From IMG/VR virus record IMGVR_UViG_3300021256_000102, positions 3,327-67,326 of that record: a DNA stretch of 64,000 nt. The stretch is one strand, 5' to 3'. The notes beneath the pieces were generated by a model. It did not search any database. It was not told where the DNA came from and saw only the letters and a list, made by a program, of their open reading frames with translations. Shown one piece after another: positions 50,259-60,345 of the stretch. Position 1 is the stretch's first letter; each line of letters starts with the position of its first letter. Source of the DNA: a virus (lineage: Duplodnaviria > Caudoviricetes). A program made the position numbers and the translations under genes.

Positions 50259-51008
50259 TCAAGCTTTCTCCCATTCTCCATATCCAGATTCTAAATCTAT
50301 TATAATCTTTGTAGTAGAATTAAACTCTAATAATTTAGTATCTATATTATCATAAAAATTATTAATATTATTATATTTTTCTTCAGCAAGTTTAGTTAAT
50401 TCCAATGGATCTAATAATTCTACTTTATTAGCATCTATATATTCCTTAGCATATTCATTATATCCAGTCATTTTCTTTACTAATTCTATATTATTAGGAT
50501 CAACATATCCTGGTTGAATAGAATTTAATTTAGCTAATACATAAGTAGCTATCTTTTGTTCATCTAATACTGTTCTAGAATATGCTTCTAATGCTTTATA
50601 TGCATCATTAAGATCTGATCTTAATCTTTCTCCAATTTTTATATAATAATTTTTAATTATTGGAGATTTTAATATTAAAATTTGTGCAATAGATAATTCA
50701 ATTTCTTTATTAGGATTAAATATATCAGGAACAGTAATTCTAAAATAAGAATTTACTTGTTCTTTAATAATAAGTAAATTTCTAAGAAGCATAATATTAT
50801 ATATAATATCAGAAAACTGATTTTTAATATTATTTTCTGTATCTATAATATTAGCACCATTTATTGTTTCATTTCTATTTTTATTATATAATGATATAAG
50901 TGCTCTAGATTCTTCTGAATCTAAATATCTTTTACTAATATCATCGACTTTTCTTTTTTGAGATTTTATTCTATTCAAAAGTTCTGTTATAGAAATTATT
51001 TCTTTCAC
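50259..51008 (-). CDS. Hypothetical coiled-coil protein
   Basis: 249 aa helical ORF (GTG start, GGAGAG SD) immediately upstream of the structured RNA. Confidence 0.75.
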   Translation of the reverse strand: MKEIISITELLNRIKSQKRKVDDISKRYLDSEESRALISLYNKNRNETINGANIIDTENNIKNQFSDIIYNIMLLRNLLIIKEQVNSYFRITVPDIFNPNKEIELSIAQILILKSPIIKNYYIKIGERLRSDLNDAYKALEAYSRTVLDEQKIATYVLAKLNSIQPGYVDPNNIELVKKMTGYNEYAKEYIDANKVELLDPLELTKLAEEKYNNINNFYDNIDTKLLEFNSTTKIIIDLESGYGEWEKA

Positions 51009-51028
51009 TTTTATTTTCTCTCCATTTA

Positions 51029-51331
51029 TTATCCAAAAGACTGTCTAAATTCAAAAATACTTTTATCATAAACAGGACTTGGTATTGGTTCTTTACATTC
51101 TGTTTTTGTACAAATATGTCCATCAATATTATATTTTATAGGACATCTATATCCACAAGATTTACATTCATATCTTATTGCTATTGGAGTACTAAATAAA
51201 TCTTTAACTAATAAATTTAATTTACCATCACAAATAGGACATGTATCATCAGAAAAAATAAAACCGATTATTGGTTTATCTTTTCTAAATTGATTTATTC
51301 CTGTAAAAGATTTACTTTGTTCTATATTCAT
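51029..51331 (-). CDS. Zinc-ribbon protein
   Basis: CPICD...CKSCG pair plus extra Cys. Confidence 0.7.
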   Translation of the reverse strand: MNIEQSKSFTGINQFRKDKPIIGFIFSDDTCPICDGKLNLLVKDLFSTPIAIRYECKSCGYRCPIKYNIDGHICTKTECKEPIPSPVYDKSIFEFRQSFG

Positions 51332-51359
51332 ATAATCACCAAAAAATAATTATTATAAT

Positions 51360-51398
51360 AATATTGGTAGAGTAGTTAAATTCTACTCTACCAATATT
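51360..51398 (-). terminator. Terminator hairpin
   Basis: AATATTGGTAGAGTAG...CTACTCTACCAATATT, 16 bp. Confidence 0.85.
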
Positions 51399-51405
51399 AA
51401 TCGTT

Positions 51406-52149
51406 TTAATCTTCCACAATCATTTTAATAAGTTCACCTTTTTCAATACTGTCTCTAACATTTCCAACACCATTTGAACCAAATTTGTTTAAAATAGAAA
51501 TTGCTTTATTTCTTATTTCTTCAGGCATTTCTTCAGATTCAAAAGATGAGAGTGTAAATTCTTCTACATCTTTATCTTTACCAAACCAGTTACACATAAC
51601 AATATTCATAAAACAAAGAGCTGCATAAATCATTTGAATATCATAACTTTTAATATCAATTTTCTTACTTTTAGCAACTCTAAGAATACCAATACTAGGT
51701 TTATATTCCATATTAGAATCTAAAGATAAAATTCCAAAATAAATCTTTCTTAAGCATTCAGATGAAGTAACTGCATCTGTATCCCTACTAAAAGCAAGTC
51801 TTGGAATTCCTAAAATATAGCCAATTCCAATTCCAGTTTGATCTTTATGGTTCACATAAATAGAAACTTTATCAATTATAGGTTCTGTAATATTGTTAAC
51901 TACTGTAACATAGATTGGATTAAAAACATCTTCTGTATCTGAAAGAATACAAATTTTGATATCAATAGGTTTATTCTTATCATAAATAACTTCTTCATGT
52001 CTTGCAATGTATCTATCAATAGATGCATATACAAATTCAGGAATAGAAGGAGACTTTCTAATTGATGATTTAGAAGGATTATTGTAATAATCACTTAAAA
52101 TATTTATTTGACCCGTAATAGTTGACATGACATGAAATATATGTGCCAT
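51406..52149 (-). CDS. Hypothetical protein
   Basis: 247 aa, GGGGAG SD. Confidence 0.75.
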   Translation of the reverse strand: MAHIFHVMSTITGQINILSDYYNNPSKSSIRKSPSIPEFVYASIDRYIARHEEVIYDKNKPIDIKICILSDTEDVFNPIYVTVVNNITEPIIDKVSIYVNHKDQTGIGIGYILGIPRLAFSRDTDAVTSSECLRKIYFGILSLDSNMEYKPSIGILRVAKSKKIDIKSYDIQMIYAALCFMNIVMCNWFGKDKDVEEFTLSSFESEEMPEEIRNKAISILNKFGSNGVGNVRDSIEKGELIKMIVED

Positions 52150-52160
52150 CTTTCTCCCCC

Positions 52161-52412
52161 TTATCTATGAGATACAGGAGTAAATACCATCTTATTTTTA
52201 TATCCTTCTGCAATTACTTTACAATCAGGATATCTATTAGATGATTTCTTAGACATTTCTGTAAAAGTCTTTTTTCTCCCATTAATAATTACTGTACCAG
52301 GAGTAAATATCCTAGATAATTTCTTTTCTACAGCAGTTCTTTCTTTAAACTGCTGTTCTGAATATAAAAAATACACATAAGAATCTTTATCTTTTAAAAT
52401 TTGGGTTGCCAT
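52161..52412 (-). CDS. Small basic hypothetical protein
   Basis: 83 aa, GAAAGGAG SD, late-type GACT-N6-TA at 52432-52443. Confidence 0.75.
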   Translation of the reverse strand: MATQILKDKDSYVYFLYSEQQFKERTAVEKKLSRIFTPGTVIINGRKKTFTEMSKKSSNRYPDCKVIAEGYKNKMVFTPVSHR

Positions 52413-52441
52413 ATTATTAATCTCCTTTCATTAATAATAAG

Positions 52442-54400
52442 TCATCCCTGTTCTTCTTCAAAAGATGTAGTAATTTCCCCAGTACCATCTTTAGAATCTG
52501 ATGGAACAATTACTGTTTCTCCAGTATCAATTACTGCTCCAATAGTGTAATCTTTCTTCCCCTCAAGATCGATAAGAAGAGGCATTAATCTATGATATGT
52601 TTCAATTGTTTCTCGAACCATATCATCTTTTACATAGTCATAAGAAAGACCAAGTTTTTTCTTAAGCTCAAATCCTTGTGTAATTCCATATAAGTCTTTA
52701 AGTTCAGATAAAGTATCTTTATAAAAGTCTTCCCAACCATTAGGCTCTTCATAATCAGAAAAAGATCCATTATATACTTTTGCCATAGGGCAAATAATTC
52801 CAGACAATCCAGGATCCGATGCTGAAGAAGAATCAAGATCAACTCTTCCTAAATGAGATGGATGAACAGATCTATAGATAATAGGTACAGCTGTACCATT
52901 TCCCTGATCGCCAAGACCAGATATTCCTTTATATGTATATGACAATGCAAGTTCTGCATCATTATCATTTACAAGATCTACATAATCTACTAAGTTAGCA
53001 GAATTGATAGACTTAAGAATATAATCTGGAGCTGTATCTATTACTCTTGTTACATCTTTAAAAGAAATATTTTTTCCTTTATCAGATATTCTATAAATAC
53101 CAGTAGAAATTTTCTTTGCATAAATTGCAGGAAGATATTCATCTGCTTTTCTTGGATGCTTTGTAGAGATATCAATATTATCTCTTTGCTTAAGGTAAGA
53201 GAATTCTCTCATCATCCATCTAAGAATACAATATGTATCTTCTTTATCTTCCATTGGTAATCTTATAGATTGCTTGATTTCAAGATCATAGATACTTTCA
53301 AGAGAATCAAGTACCGGGATTCCTTTATCAAGAGTAGCAGACTGAAAATCTGCACCAAGAACTCTATTCCAATATCTTGGATTGTAAATCTCATTAAATT
53401 TATCAAGTTTCTTTACACTCTTAAGAATAGTATAGCAGAAAGACTGAGTAACATTATCTTTATCGAATAACCTCTTAATTACAGATAAAATAATTTTACC
53501 CTGTTTATCAGAAAAATTATAAAAAATATTTGGATCAAGAGGTTTATTATCTTCAGCTTTTTGAATATAAATTCCTTCTAATCCAAGCATCTCAAGAGTT
53601 CCATAAAAGCCATATCTACCAAGAATAAACTTAATTGTATCAGTTTTCTTAGTAAATACATAGCTTGCAAATAAAACACATCTATGAGCTTGTTTATCAC
53701 AAATATCTACAAGATCATAATATTCCTTATATACCTTAATAGGCATAAATTGTGTTTTAAGTGTAATAGTCTGAGTTTTACTATTAGAAGTAGAATTATT
53801 ATAAGTACTACCATCTACAATCTGAAAGATAGGATTATAATAATTTCCAAGAATTCTAAAATAATATTTATCTACATATCTTGGAAGAGCAATAAGTACA
53901 TCAACTGTACCTTCACTCTTTTCTAATTCTCCAGTTTTAGAATCTACTCTAATTTTATTCTCAGGAATATTGAGTTTAACATAATATATTACTTTAAGTA
54001 ACATAATGTCTGAATCTCTAAGATTAATATACTCATAATTATTATCTATTCTTTTACCATTTTTAGTTTTAGAAGAATAATATTCATATAAAGTTCTATT
54101 AATCTCATTATAATCTTTAATAGTTTCAAAATTTAAAACTTTTAATACAAAATATTTATCTCTTTGACAAGATAAAATTACACGTTTCATTCCTTCAATA
54201 AGATCATCATCATTTCTCTGGAACCAATAATCATTAAATTCTTCACGATTATTCTTATTGAATTCATACATAAATTTATCAACATTTGGTCTCTCATTAG
54301 GAGAAACCATCATAGAACCAGTTGAATCTGAATAAGGATTATGATTCTGTGGCATAGGAATCTGTTGATAATTATAAGAGAAGTTTTGATCCACTTTCAA
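52442..54400 (-). CDS. rpoB: RNA polymerase beta subunit N-terminal fragment (probably non-virion RNAP)
   Basis: GNYYNPIFQI and YRSVHPSHLGRVDLDSSSASDPGLSGII (cf. [25 protein letters not shown]); TTG start overlapping upstream TGA. Confidence 0.88.
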   Translation of the reverse strand: MKVDQNFSYNYQQIPMPQNHNPYSDSTGSMMVSPNERPNVDKFMYEFNKNNREEFNDYWFQRNDDDLIEGMKRVILSCQRDKYFVLKVLNFETIKDYNEINRTLYEYYSSKTKNGKRIDNNYEYINLRDSDIMLLKVIYYVKLNIPENKIRVDSKTGELEKSEGTVDVLIALPRYVDKYYFRILGNYYNPIFQIVDGSTYNNSTSNSKTQTITLKTQFMPIKVYKEYYDLVDICDKQAHRCVLFASYVFTKKTDTIKFILGRYGFYGTLEMLGLEGIYIQKAEDNKPLDPNIFYNFSDKQGKIILSVIKRLFDKDNVTQSFCYTILKSVKKLDKFNEIYNPRYWNRVLGADFQSATLDKGIPVLDSLESIYDLEIKQSIRLPMEDKEDTYCILRWMMREFSYLKQRDNIDISTKHPRKADEYLPAIYAKKISTGIYRISDKGKNISFKDVTRVIDTAPDYILKSINSANLVDYVDLVNDNDAELALSYTYKGISGLGDQGNGTAVPIIYRSVHPSHLGRVDLDSSSASDPGLSGIICPMAKVYNGSFSDYEEPNGWEDFYKDTLSELKDLYGITQGFELKKKLGLSYDYVKDDMVRETIETYHRLMPLLIDLEGKKDYTIGAVIDTGETVIVPSDSKDGTGEITTSFEEEQG

Positions 54401-55065
54401 TCCTCCTCACTAACATATTTATCTGTTAGAATTGTTTCTATATTACTACCCATAGGATTTGCAACATCAGGGTGCTTATCACTAAGAATAAGTTTAGCTT
54501 CTATATCAAATTTATTACAAATAGAAACTAATTTATTTAAAGTAATATCATCACCTTTTAAAATTCTTTTATCATTAAGATAATTTTCTCCAAATCTTGA
54601 AGAATATCGATCAATATCCATATGTTTAGCAGCAATAGCCTGTTTAAAAGCCCTCATTGCTTCTGTTTCCCTACCAGAAATTGGAGGAATAAATATCTCA
54701 TCTGAATCAGATAAAGATAAATTTTCCATTTCTCTAACTTGACCATTTTTGGCAAGAAAATCATTAATATTATCTACATTAGAAAAATCTACAATATCAA
54801 TATTTTTCTTATTATAAGATTTTTCTTCTTCTTCAGATTCAGGAAATTTTACAAAATATAAATTTCCATCTGGATATACTCCAGGCCTATCATCAGTCTT
54901 TCCTCTAAAAGGTAATAAATAAGATTCATCTCCTTTACTAGTTTCAAGAGCTGTCATAGAACAAATAGATGGATTTTCTGAATACATTTTAAATTTCTGA
55001 GAATATTCATCCTCAGTTATTATATCCATTACTTTTCCATCAATAGGAGCACTGCGATATTGCAT
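54397..55065 (-). CDS. Hypothetical protein, possible C-terminal HTH
   Basis: 222 aa; DITLNKLVSICNKFDIEAKLIL resembles an XRE-type HTH tail. Confidence 0.7.
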   Translation of the reverse strand: MQYRSAPIDGKVMDIITEDEYSQKFKMYSENPSICSMTALETSKGDESYLLPFRGKTDDRPGVYPDGNLYFVKFPESEEEEKSYNKKNIDIVDFSNVDNINDFLAKNGQVREMENLSLSDSDEIFIPPISGRETEAMRAFKQAIAAKHMDIDRYSSRFGENYLNDKRILKGDDITLNKLVSICNKFDIEAKLILSDKHPDVANPMGSNIETILTDKYVSEED

Positions 55066-55104
55066 ACTTATGTTCCTTTCTTTAACAAATTTCTAATAGA
55101 AATA

Positions 55105-55134
55105 CAAGGGATGGATTTTATTATCCATCCCTTG
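55105..55134 (-). terminator. Terminator hairpin
   Basis: CAAGGGATGGAT...ATCCATCCCTTG. Confidence 0.8.
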
Positions 55135-55147
55135 ATTTAATATTATA

Positions 55148-55759
55148 TTAAGCTTCCTGAATAGCAGAATCATCCTTAATAAGAACTTTCATTGCTCCAT
55201 CAGGAATAATGCTCATTACAACTTTACCATTCTCAACCTTACCAATTGCCTTGAAACAATTCTCAAGAACAAGTACTGCAGGATCAGTCTGAGAAGTATT
55301 ATCTTTTACCCAATTGATAATCATCTCAAGAATAACAATCATTGCTGTAATACAAACATCAACTGCAGAGAACTTTGCACTATAAAGCTGCTGTGCTGCA
55401 GATGTGAAATAAATAAGTACTGCTGTATTACTTGCAGTCTCTACACAATCTACACCTTTCATATCCTCTTCATAACAGGTCCAAGTATAATCCCATCTAC
55501 CTGCAGAAAGATTTGTAGGATCAGCTTCATTAGGAAAATACTCTACTTTTGCACCAGCAAGAAATTCATTACCCTGAGATCTAATAATGATTCCCTTCGG
55601 AATCTGATAATTTTTAACACTTGCAAGATAATTTGAAACTCCAGTAAACAGAATATTTGCCATTCTGTATGCATGCTGAGCTCCAAGAAGAATCGACTGT
55701 TTTGCTAATGCTTTGCTGAAATCCTCAGGAATATTTGTCTCCTTAAATTTCTTTTCCAT
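55148..55759 (-). CDS. Abundant early hypothetical protein
   Basis: GAAAGGAG SD places start at 55759 (MEKKFKE); strong codon bias; early-type promoter 55822-55837. Confidence 0.75.
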   Translation of the reverse strand: MEKKFKETNIPEDFSKALAKQSILLGAQHAYRMANILFTGVSNYLASVKNYQIPKGIIIRSQGNEFLAGAKVEYFPNEADPTNLSAGRWDYTWTCYEEDMKGVDCVETASNTAVLIYFTSAAQQLYSAKFSAVDVCITAMIVILEMIINWVKDNTSQTDPAVLVLENCFKAIGKVENGKVVMSIIPDGAMKVLIKDDSAIQEA

Positions 55760-55853
55760 GATACGTTTTCTCCTTTCGGTTATAAAATATATAGTTACAA
55801 AAGACAACCCTTTTGTTGGGTATCAATATTATAATACTTTATTGTTTTTAAGT

Positions 55854-56525
55854 TTATAAAGTTTGATTTTTAGTAACTCTTTCAATATATTTTTTAAAGT
55901 TTTCATCTTCATTAAAACTCTTTTCTACAATCATTAATGATTCTTGATTTATACCATAACCTGATATAATATTAGATTGAATCACATATACCATCTGGTT
56001 TAATCCCATTGGAGGGATCATATAATTGACTGAGAATCTCTTATTATTTTTAGATCTTAAAATTCCAATATAAGATTTTACATTTTTATTTGTATCAATA
56101 GATTCAAACATTAATGTCAATGTATCAAGAAGCTCATTAATAAAGATGAAAAATTCTTTACATATAATCTCAATATTATTTATAATATTATTAAGAATAT
56201 CATCAGAAAAGATTTTTGTATCCGAATTGATATTCTTAATATATTCTATTGTATTTTTATAATCTACTGATTCTGTATTGATTTTAATATGTCCAATCAT
56301 AACAAAAACAGGATACAATTCTTTATTTTCTGTATATCTGGTTTCATGCGTTATCATTCTGATAAAAATATCTAAAAGCTGTAAAGTCTCATCTTTATCA
56401 AGAATTACAGATTCAGATTCTAAGCATTCTCTTAACTGATCAATCATATACTGAAGATTAGATTCACCTCTTACTATTAAGAGTTTATCAAAGAATTTAT
56501 TCTGTTTAATATTATCAACAATCAT
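55854..56525 (-). CDS. Hypothetical protein
   Basis: 223 aa, AAAGGAG SD. Confidence 0.75.
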   Translation of the reverse strand: MIVDNIKQNKFFDKLLIVRGESNLQYMIDQLRECLESESVILDKDETLQLLDIFIRMITHETRYTENKELYPVFVMIGHIKINTESVDYKNTIEYIKNINSDTKIFSDDILNNIINNIEIICKEFFIFINELLDTLTLMFESIDTNKNVKSYIGILRSKNNKRFSVNYMIPPMGLNQMVYVIQSNIISGYGINQESLMIVEKSFNEDENFKKYIERVTKNQTL

Positions 56526-56527
56526 TA

Positions 56528-56701
56528 TTATTTCTCCTTTCCTATTTTAGCAAAATGATCATGTAAAGCTTGTAAATATTTATTATCGTATAATCCTAAT
56601 TTATTATTAGGCTCTCTATATATTGTAACAAATCTACTTGTTATATTAGGTTCGGAAGTTACTTTAATTCCTGAACTAATATCTTCTATAATGATTTTCA
56701 T
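56528..56701 (-). CDS. Small hypothetical protein (57 aa, below cutoff)
   Basis: MKIIIEDISSGIKVTSEPNITSRFVTIYREPNNKLGLYDNKYLQALHDHFAKIGKEK fills the gap between ligase and next gene exactly. Confidence 0.6.
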   Translation of the reverse strand: MKIIIEDISSGIKVTSEPNITSRFVTIYREPNNKLGLYDNKYLQALHDHFAKIGKEK

Positions 56702-56704
56702 ATA

Positions 56705-59074
56705 TTACATATACCTTTCTACATTATTCATAATATCCTCCATAGGAACTACTGGAATATTATAACTATCAGCCATTTGAGTTTTATAACTAGTAAAACC
56801 AGGAGCTGGTACTACAACATAATCCACTTCTTTTGTTATTGTTCTATTAAAATCAACAATAAATCCATGATCTGTTAAAAACTTTACTAGATTCTTATCT
56901 CTTGTACCAGAAAGTTTGACTAATTTTCCTTTAACTGGAACATATTCTATTACATGACCATGTTGAATCATATAATCTATATCCTTATAAAAATATTTAA
57001 ATTCTCTAGCAATAGTATCTGCAGTAGTAGGACCTATTCCTTTAATAGAAGACATAAAATCTATAGCTTTTTTGTAATAATATTTACCTGGATCTATCAT
57101 AGTAAATAATTCTCTAAGCTTAGAATATTTAATCTTAGCAAGAATGGTCTCCCATGTCTTAGTAGAGATTCCTGTAAATCCAATAGCACCTAAAAGTTTA
57201 GCATCTGTAATTGGATCATTTAATAATTTAATAAGCTGATTAGCAATATTCATAGCTTCTACAGGACCAAAACCTTTATGAATAAATCTAGCAGCTCCAT
57301 CTCCTTGCTCAATCATTTCTTCAAGAAGATCTCTTAAATGATAATATCCTAACTGATTTACAGTAGCTTCTCCAAAACCTTCTAATCCTAATTTAGCAAA
57401 CATATTAACCATTCTAGCTAATTGTCTTCCACCACAATCAGGATTTATACATTTTGCAGATTTTCCAGAATCAGAAATTTCAATAGGTCCTCCACAAATA
57501 GGACACTTAGTAGGAAATACTTCTGCAGGAACTTTCTTTGCATTCTCTAAATTGAAATCATTAAATGGTTTATATACATAAGGCATAACATCATTTACAT
57601 ATTCAATAGATAAAATATCTCCTAAATGAAGATCTAATTCTTGAAATCTTGCATAAGAATGCCCAGAAGATTTAGGATGAATTGTACCATAAAATTCTAC
57701 AGGATCATAATGAATCATTGGTGTTATAGATCCATCCTGACCTACAGTATAAGTATATCCTCTAAAGATAGTTTCTTTTCTTAAAGGATTAAATTTTACT
57801 GCAATAGAATATTTATTAATATAATTCTCTCTTCCTAATTTTTGTCTAATAGATTCATCTCTATAAGATACAACAATTCCATCATACATAAATGGAACCC
57901 AAGGCCTAGAAGATTCAGCATTTTCTGTAAACATATTTATCCATGCTAAATTCTCTAAATAATTTCCTCTTATTGTTGTATATCTTAAAGGACAACCTTT
58001 AGAAATAAACTCTCTATTTAAAAATTCTATTTCCTGTACTCTATCAGAATTACAAATAGTATTGTATACTTCTTGTTCTACTGCTAAAGGTACAAGAGTA
58101 ATAAAATCTCGATATTTCCAAGCATCAGAAGAAGCTAATAATCCTACAATAGCAGATCTACAATTTTTATATTCATATCCTTTAGCTTTATTAAAGAATG
58201 GTAAATCATACTGAGTTATGATTGCTTCAAATTTAACTCCAATCATAGGACTTCCAGGAGACCTATGTGGAAATTTATATCCTTTTAAAATAGGAGTTAA
58301 ATCAGATGCTTTTCCAACTCCTGTATCACCTCTAGATCTTGCAGAAATTATTTCATCTGTACAATCTGCTTCTACAGAAATACCATCATATTTTAATTCA
58401 AGAACCATATCAAATATATCAGTAGTATTGATAATTCCTCTTTTAATATGATCTTGAATAAAATCTCTTTCTACAATTTTTACATTAGAATCTTCATAAA
58501 CACCTCTTGTAATAGCATCCCTTTCTAATACAAATTTGCATTTATCAAGAGTACCAACCAATTCTGGATGATTATGAGAAGTATCATGAAGTCTCTTTGT
58601 AATATATTCTGTAGAAATTTGATTATTATTGGAATAGAAATCTCTAGAATCTAAAAATTTAGTTTCATCAATAATAATAGATTTTACGAAATGATTTTCC
58701 TCTTCAGTAGGAATAGGTTCAATAATAAAAGCTTCTCTCATAGGTTTAATAACTTCATCACCATTAGAAGTGGAAGCTGCAAAATTTATTACTTCTGCTC
58801 CTACTTGAAAATTAGGATCATATTTTTTATATTTTTCAAGAAGAAGATCATAAATTCCATCTTCAATTGGAAGCAATTCTTTATCTGTATCATTATAAGT
58901 AATATTACAAATAAGAATTATATTTCTAAAATCTTTTAATTCATCTTGAGATAATCCAGTTTTATTATATAAAGCCATAGCATAATCATTTAAATACTGC
59001 TTATTATCGTATGCTAATTTTAAACTACCAGATCTTAAATCATTTAAGATATTACTAATCATAATATCTTTCAT
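56705..59074 (-). CDS. ligA: NAD-dependent DNA ligase
   Basis: Domain Ia (IEDGIYDLL), adenylation LKYDG, SRGD, YDGIVV, AVKF, OB fold, CPIC...CINPDC zinc finger, HhH and BRCT-like tail. Confidence 0.93.
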   Translation of the reverse strand: MKDIMISNILNDLRSGSLKLAYDNKQYLNDYAMALYNKTGLSQDELKDFRNIILICNITYNDTDKELLPIEDGIYDLLLEKYKKYDPNFQVGAEVINFAASTSNGDEVIKPMREAFIIEPIPTEEENHFVKSIIIDETKFLDSRDFYSNNNQISTEYITKRLHDTSHNHPELVGTLDKCKFVLERDAITRGVYEDSNVKIVERDFIQDHIKRGIINTTDIFDMVLELKYDGISVEADCTDEIISARSRGDTGVGKASDLTPILKGYKFPHRSPGSPMIGVKFEAIITQYDLPFFNKAKGYEYKNCRSAIVGLLASSDAWKYRDFITLVPLAVEQEVYNTICNSDRVQEIEFLNREFISKGCPLRYTTIRGNYLENLAWINMFTENAESSRPWVPFMYDGIVVSYRDESIRQKLGRENYINKYSIAVKFNPLRKETIFRGYTYTVGQDGSITPMIHYDPVEFYGTIHPKSSGHSYARFQELDLHLGDILSIEYVNDVMPYVYKPFNDFNLENAKKVPAEVFPTKCPICGGPIEISDSGKSAKCINPDCGGRQLARMVNMFAKLGLEGFGEATVNQLGYYHLRDLLEEMIEQGDGAARFIHKGFGPVEAMNIANQLIKLLNDPITDAKLLGAIGFTGISTKTWETILAKIKYSKLRELFTMIDPGKYYYKKAIDFMSSIKGIGPTTADTIAREFKYFYKDIDYMIQHGHVIEYVPVKGKLVKLSGTRDKNLVKFLTDHGFIVDFNRTITKEVDYVVVPAPGFTSYKTQMADSYNIPVVPMEDIMNNVERYM

Positions 59075-59094
59075 TATATTCCTCCTTTCTTATA

Positions 59095-59727
59095 TTAATG
59101 GTACTTTTCTATTCTTTTGTTTTTATATTCTCTTGATTTTAATATAAATTTTCTATAATATTCATATCCTCTGAATGTTATATATTTACAATTTTGTACA
59201 TCTAAACATTCATTTCCTCTAGCTAATTCATAAGTATTAGTAGATGCTATAATATAAATATTAACTCCAGACTCTTCTGCATCTGGAATAATTATTTCTT
59301 TAATTACATCAATTAATTCTGCACAATAATCTATACTTAATCCAGAATCTATAGCATCAAGAAAGATAAATAATTTTTCTTTCTCTTTTTTGTGAATAGT
59401 TCTTCCTATTTTTCTTATAATTTCTCCAATATTATAATAGATATTTTCTCCTTCTGAAGATAATAATCTTAAAGTTGCATCTTCATATTTACCATAAAAT
59501 ACAAATTCTGATATTTTATTATCTCCGCCTTGAGTAAGATTATTAAATTCTAATATATCAACAGTTTTATCATCCCTTAATTGTTCTTTCATCTGTCTAA
59601 TCATAGTAGTTTTTCCACTACCATTACAACCAACTAAAATAGTTAATCCTTCTTTAATTTCTACATAATCTTTTTTATATAAGTTTCCTTCTTGATAATA
59701 GTTTTTAATTATTTTAAATTTATACAT
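59095..59727 (-). CDS. Small ABC/AAA-type ATPase
   Basis: Walker A GCNGSGKTT, SSEGE signature-like, FLDAIDSGLS Walker B; GGAGG SD places start at 59727. Confidence 0.8.
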   Translation of the reverse strand: MYKFKIIKNYYQEGNLYKKDYVEIKEGLTILVGCNGSGKTTMIRQMKEQLRDDKTVDILEFNNLTQGGDNKISEFVFYGKYEDATLRLLSSEGENIYYNIGEIIRKIGRTIHKKEKEKLFIFLDAIDSGLSIDYCAELIDVIKEIIIPDAEESGVNIYIIASTNTYELARGNECLDVQNCKYITFRGYEYYRKFILKSREYKNKRIEKYH

Positions 59728-59752
59728 ATCTTCACCTCCATAATTATAATAT

Positions 59753-60280
59753 CTATATATTTTCAATTTTAATATCTTCTCCAATTGATACATTATAAAG
59801 ATCATTATATGATTCTATAGTGATCATATAAGTTTTCTTAATATTATAACCCAATGTAGATTTTATAAAATCGGATGGATTTTTAACTTGCTCTTTTACT
59901 GTTGAAATTTTTATTATAGATTTTTCTTTATCTAAATCCATTAATATAACCCCTGATAAAATTAAAAAACTATTATCATCATTTTTTAAGTCTTCAAAAT
60001 CATCTTCTTCAATTATATTTGCAATTTCTATAGACATATATAAATTATTTATAACTATAAAATCTATAATTTTATAACAATCAATATTTTTAAATACTTT
60101 CAGGAAATTTTCTTTGAATTGAGAATAAGAATTAAATTGTTTTAGAAAAAGATTTGCTTTAAGAGTAATTACATATTCATCTCTATTAATATCAATTATT
60201 TCATTAGAATTTTTTATTTCTATTAATTTATGTAATTTACAAGAAGTATTTCGAATTTTTTCATATAATTCAAAATCCAT
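59753..60280 (-). CDS. Hypothetical protein
   Basis: 175 aa, AGGAG SD. Confidence 0.7.
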   Translation of the reverse strand: MDFELYEKIRNTSCKLHKLIEIKNSNEIIDINRDEYVITLKANLFLKQFNSYSQFKENFLKVFKNIDCYKIIDFIVINNLYMSIEIANIIEEDDFEDLKNDDNSFLILSGVILMDLDKEKSIIKISTVKEQVKNPSDFIKSTLGYNIKKTYMITIESYNDLYNVSIGEDIKIENI

Positions 60281-60309
60281 AATTATATCTCCTATTTTAT
60301 TAAAAATAA

Positions 60310-60338
60310 AAGAGAGGGATTAATTTTATCCCTCTCTT
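60310..60338 (-). terminator. Terminator after RNAP beta-C gene
   Basis: AAGAGAGGGAT...ATCCCTCTCTT. Confidence 0.8.
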
Positions 60339-60345
60339 ATTTAAA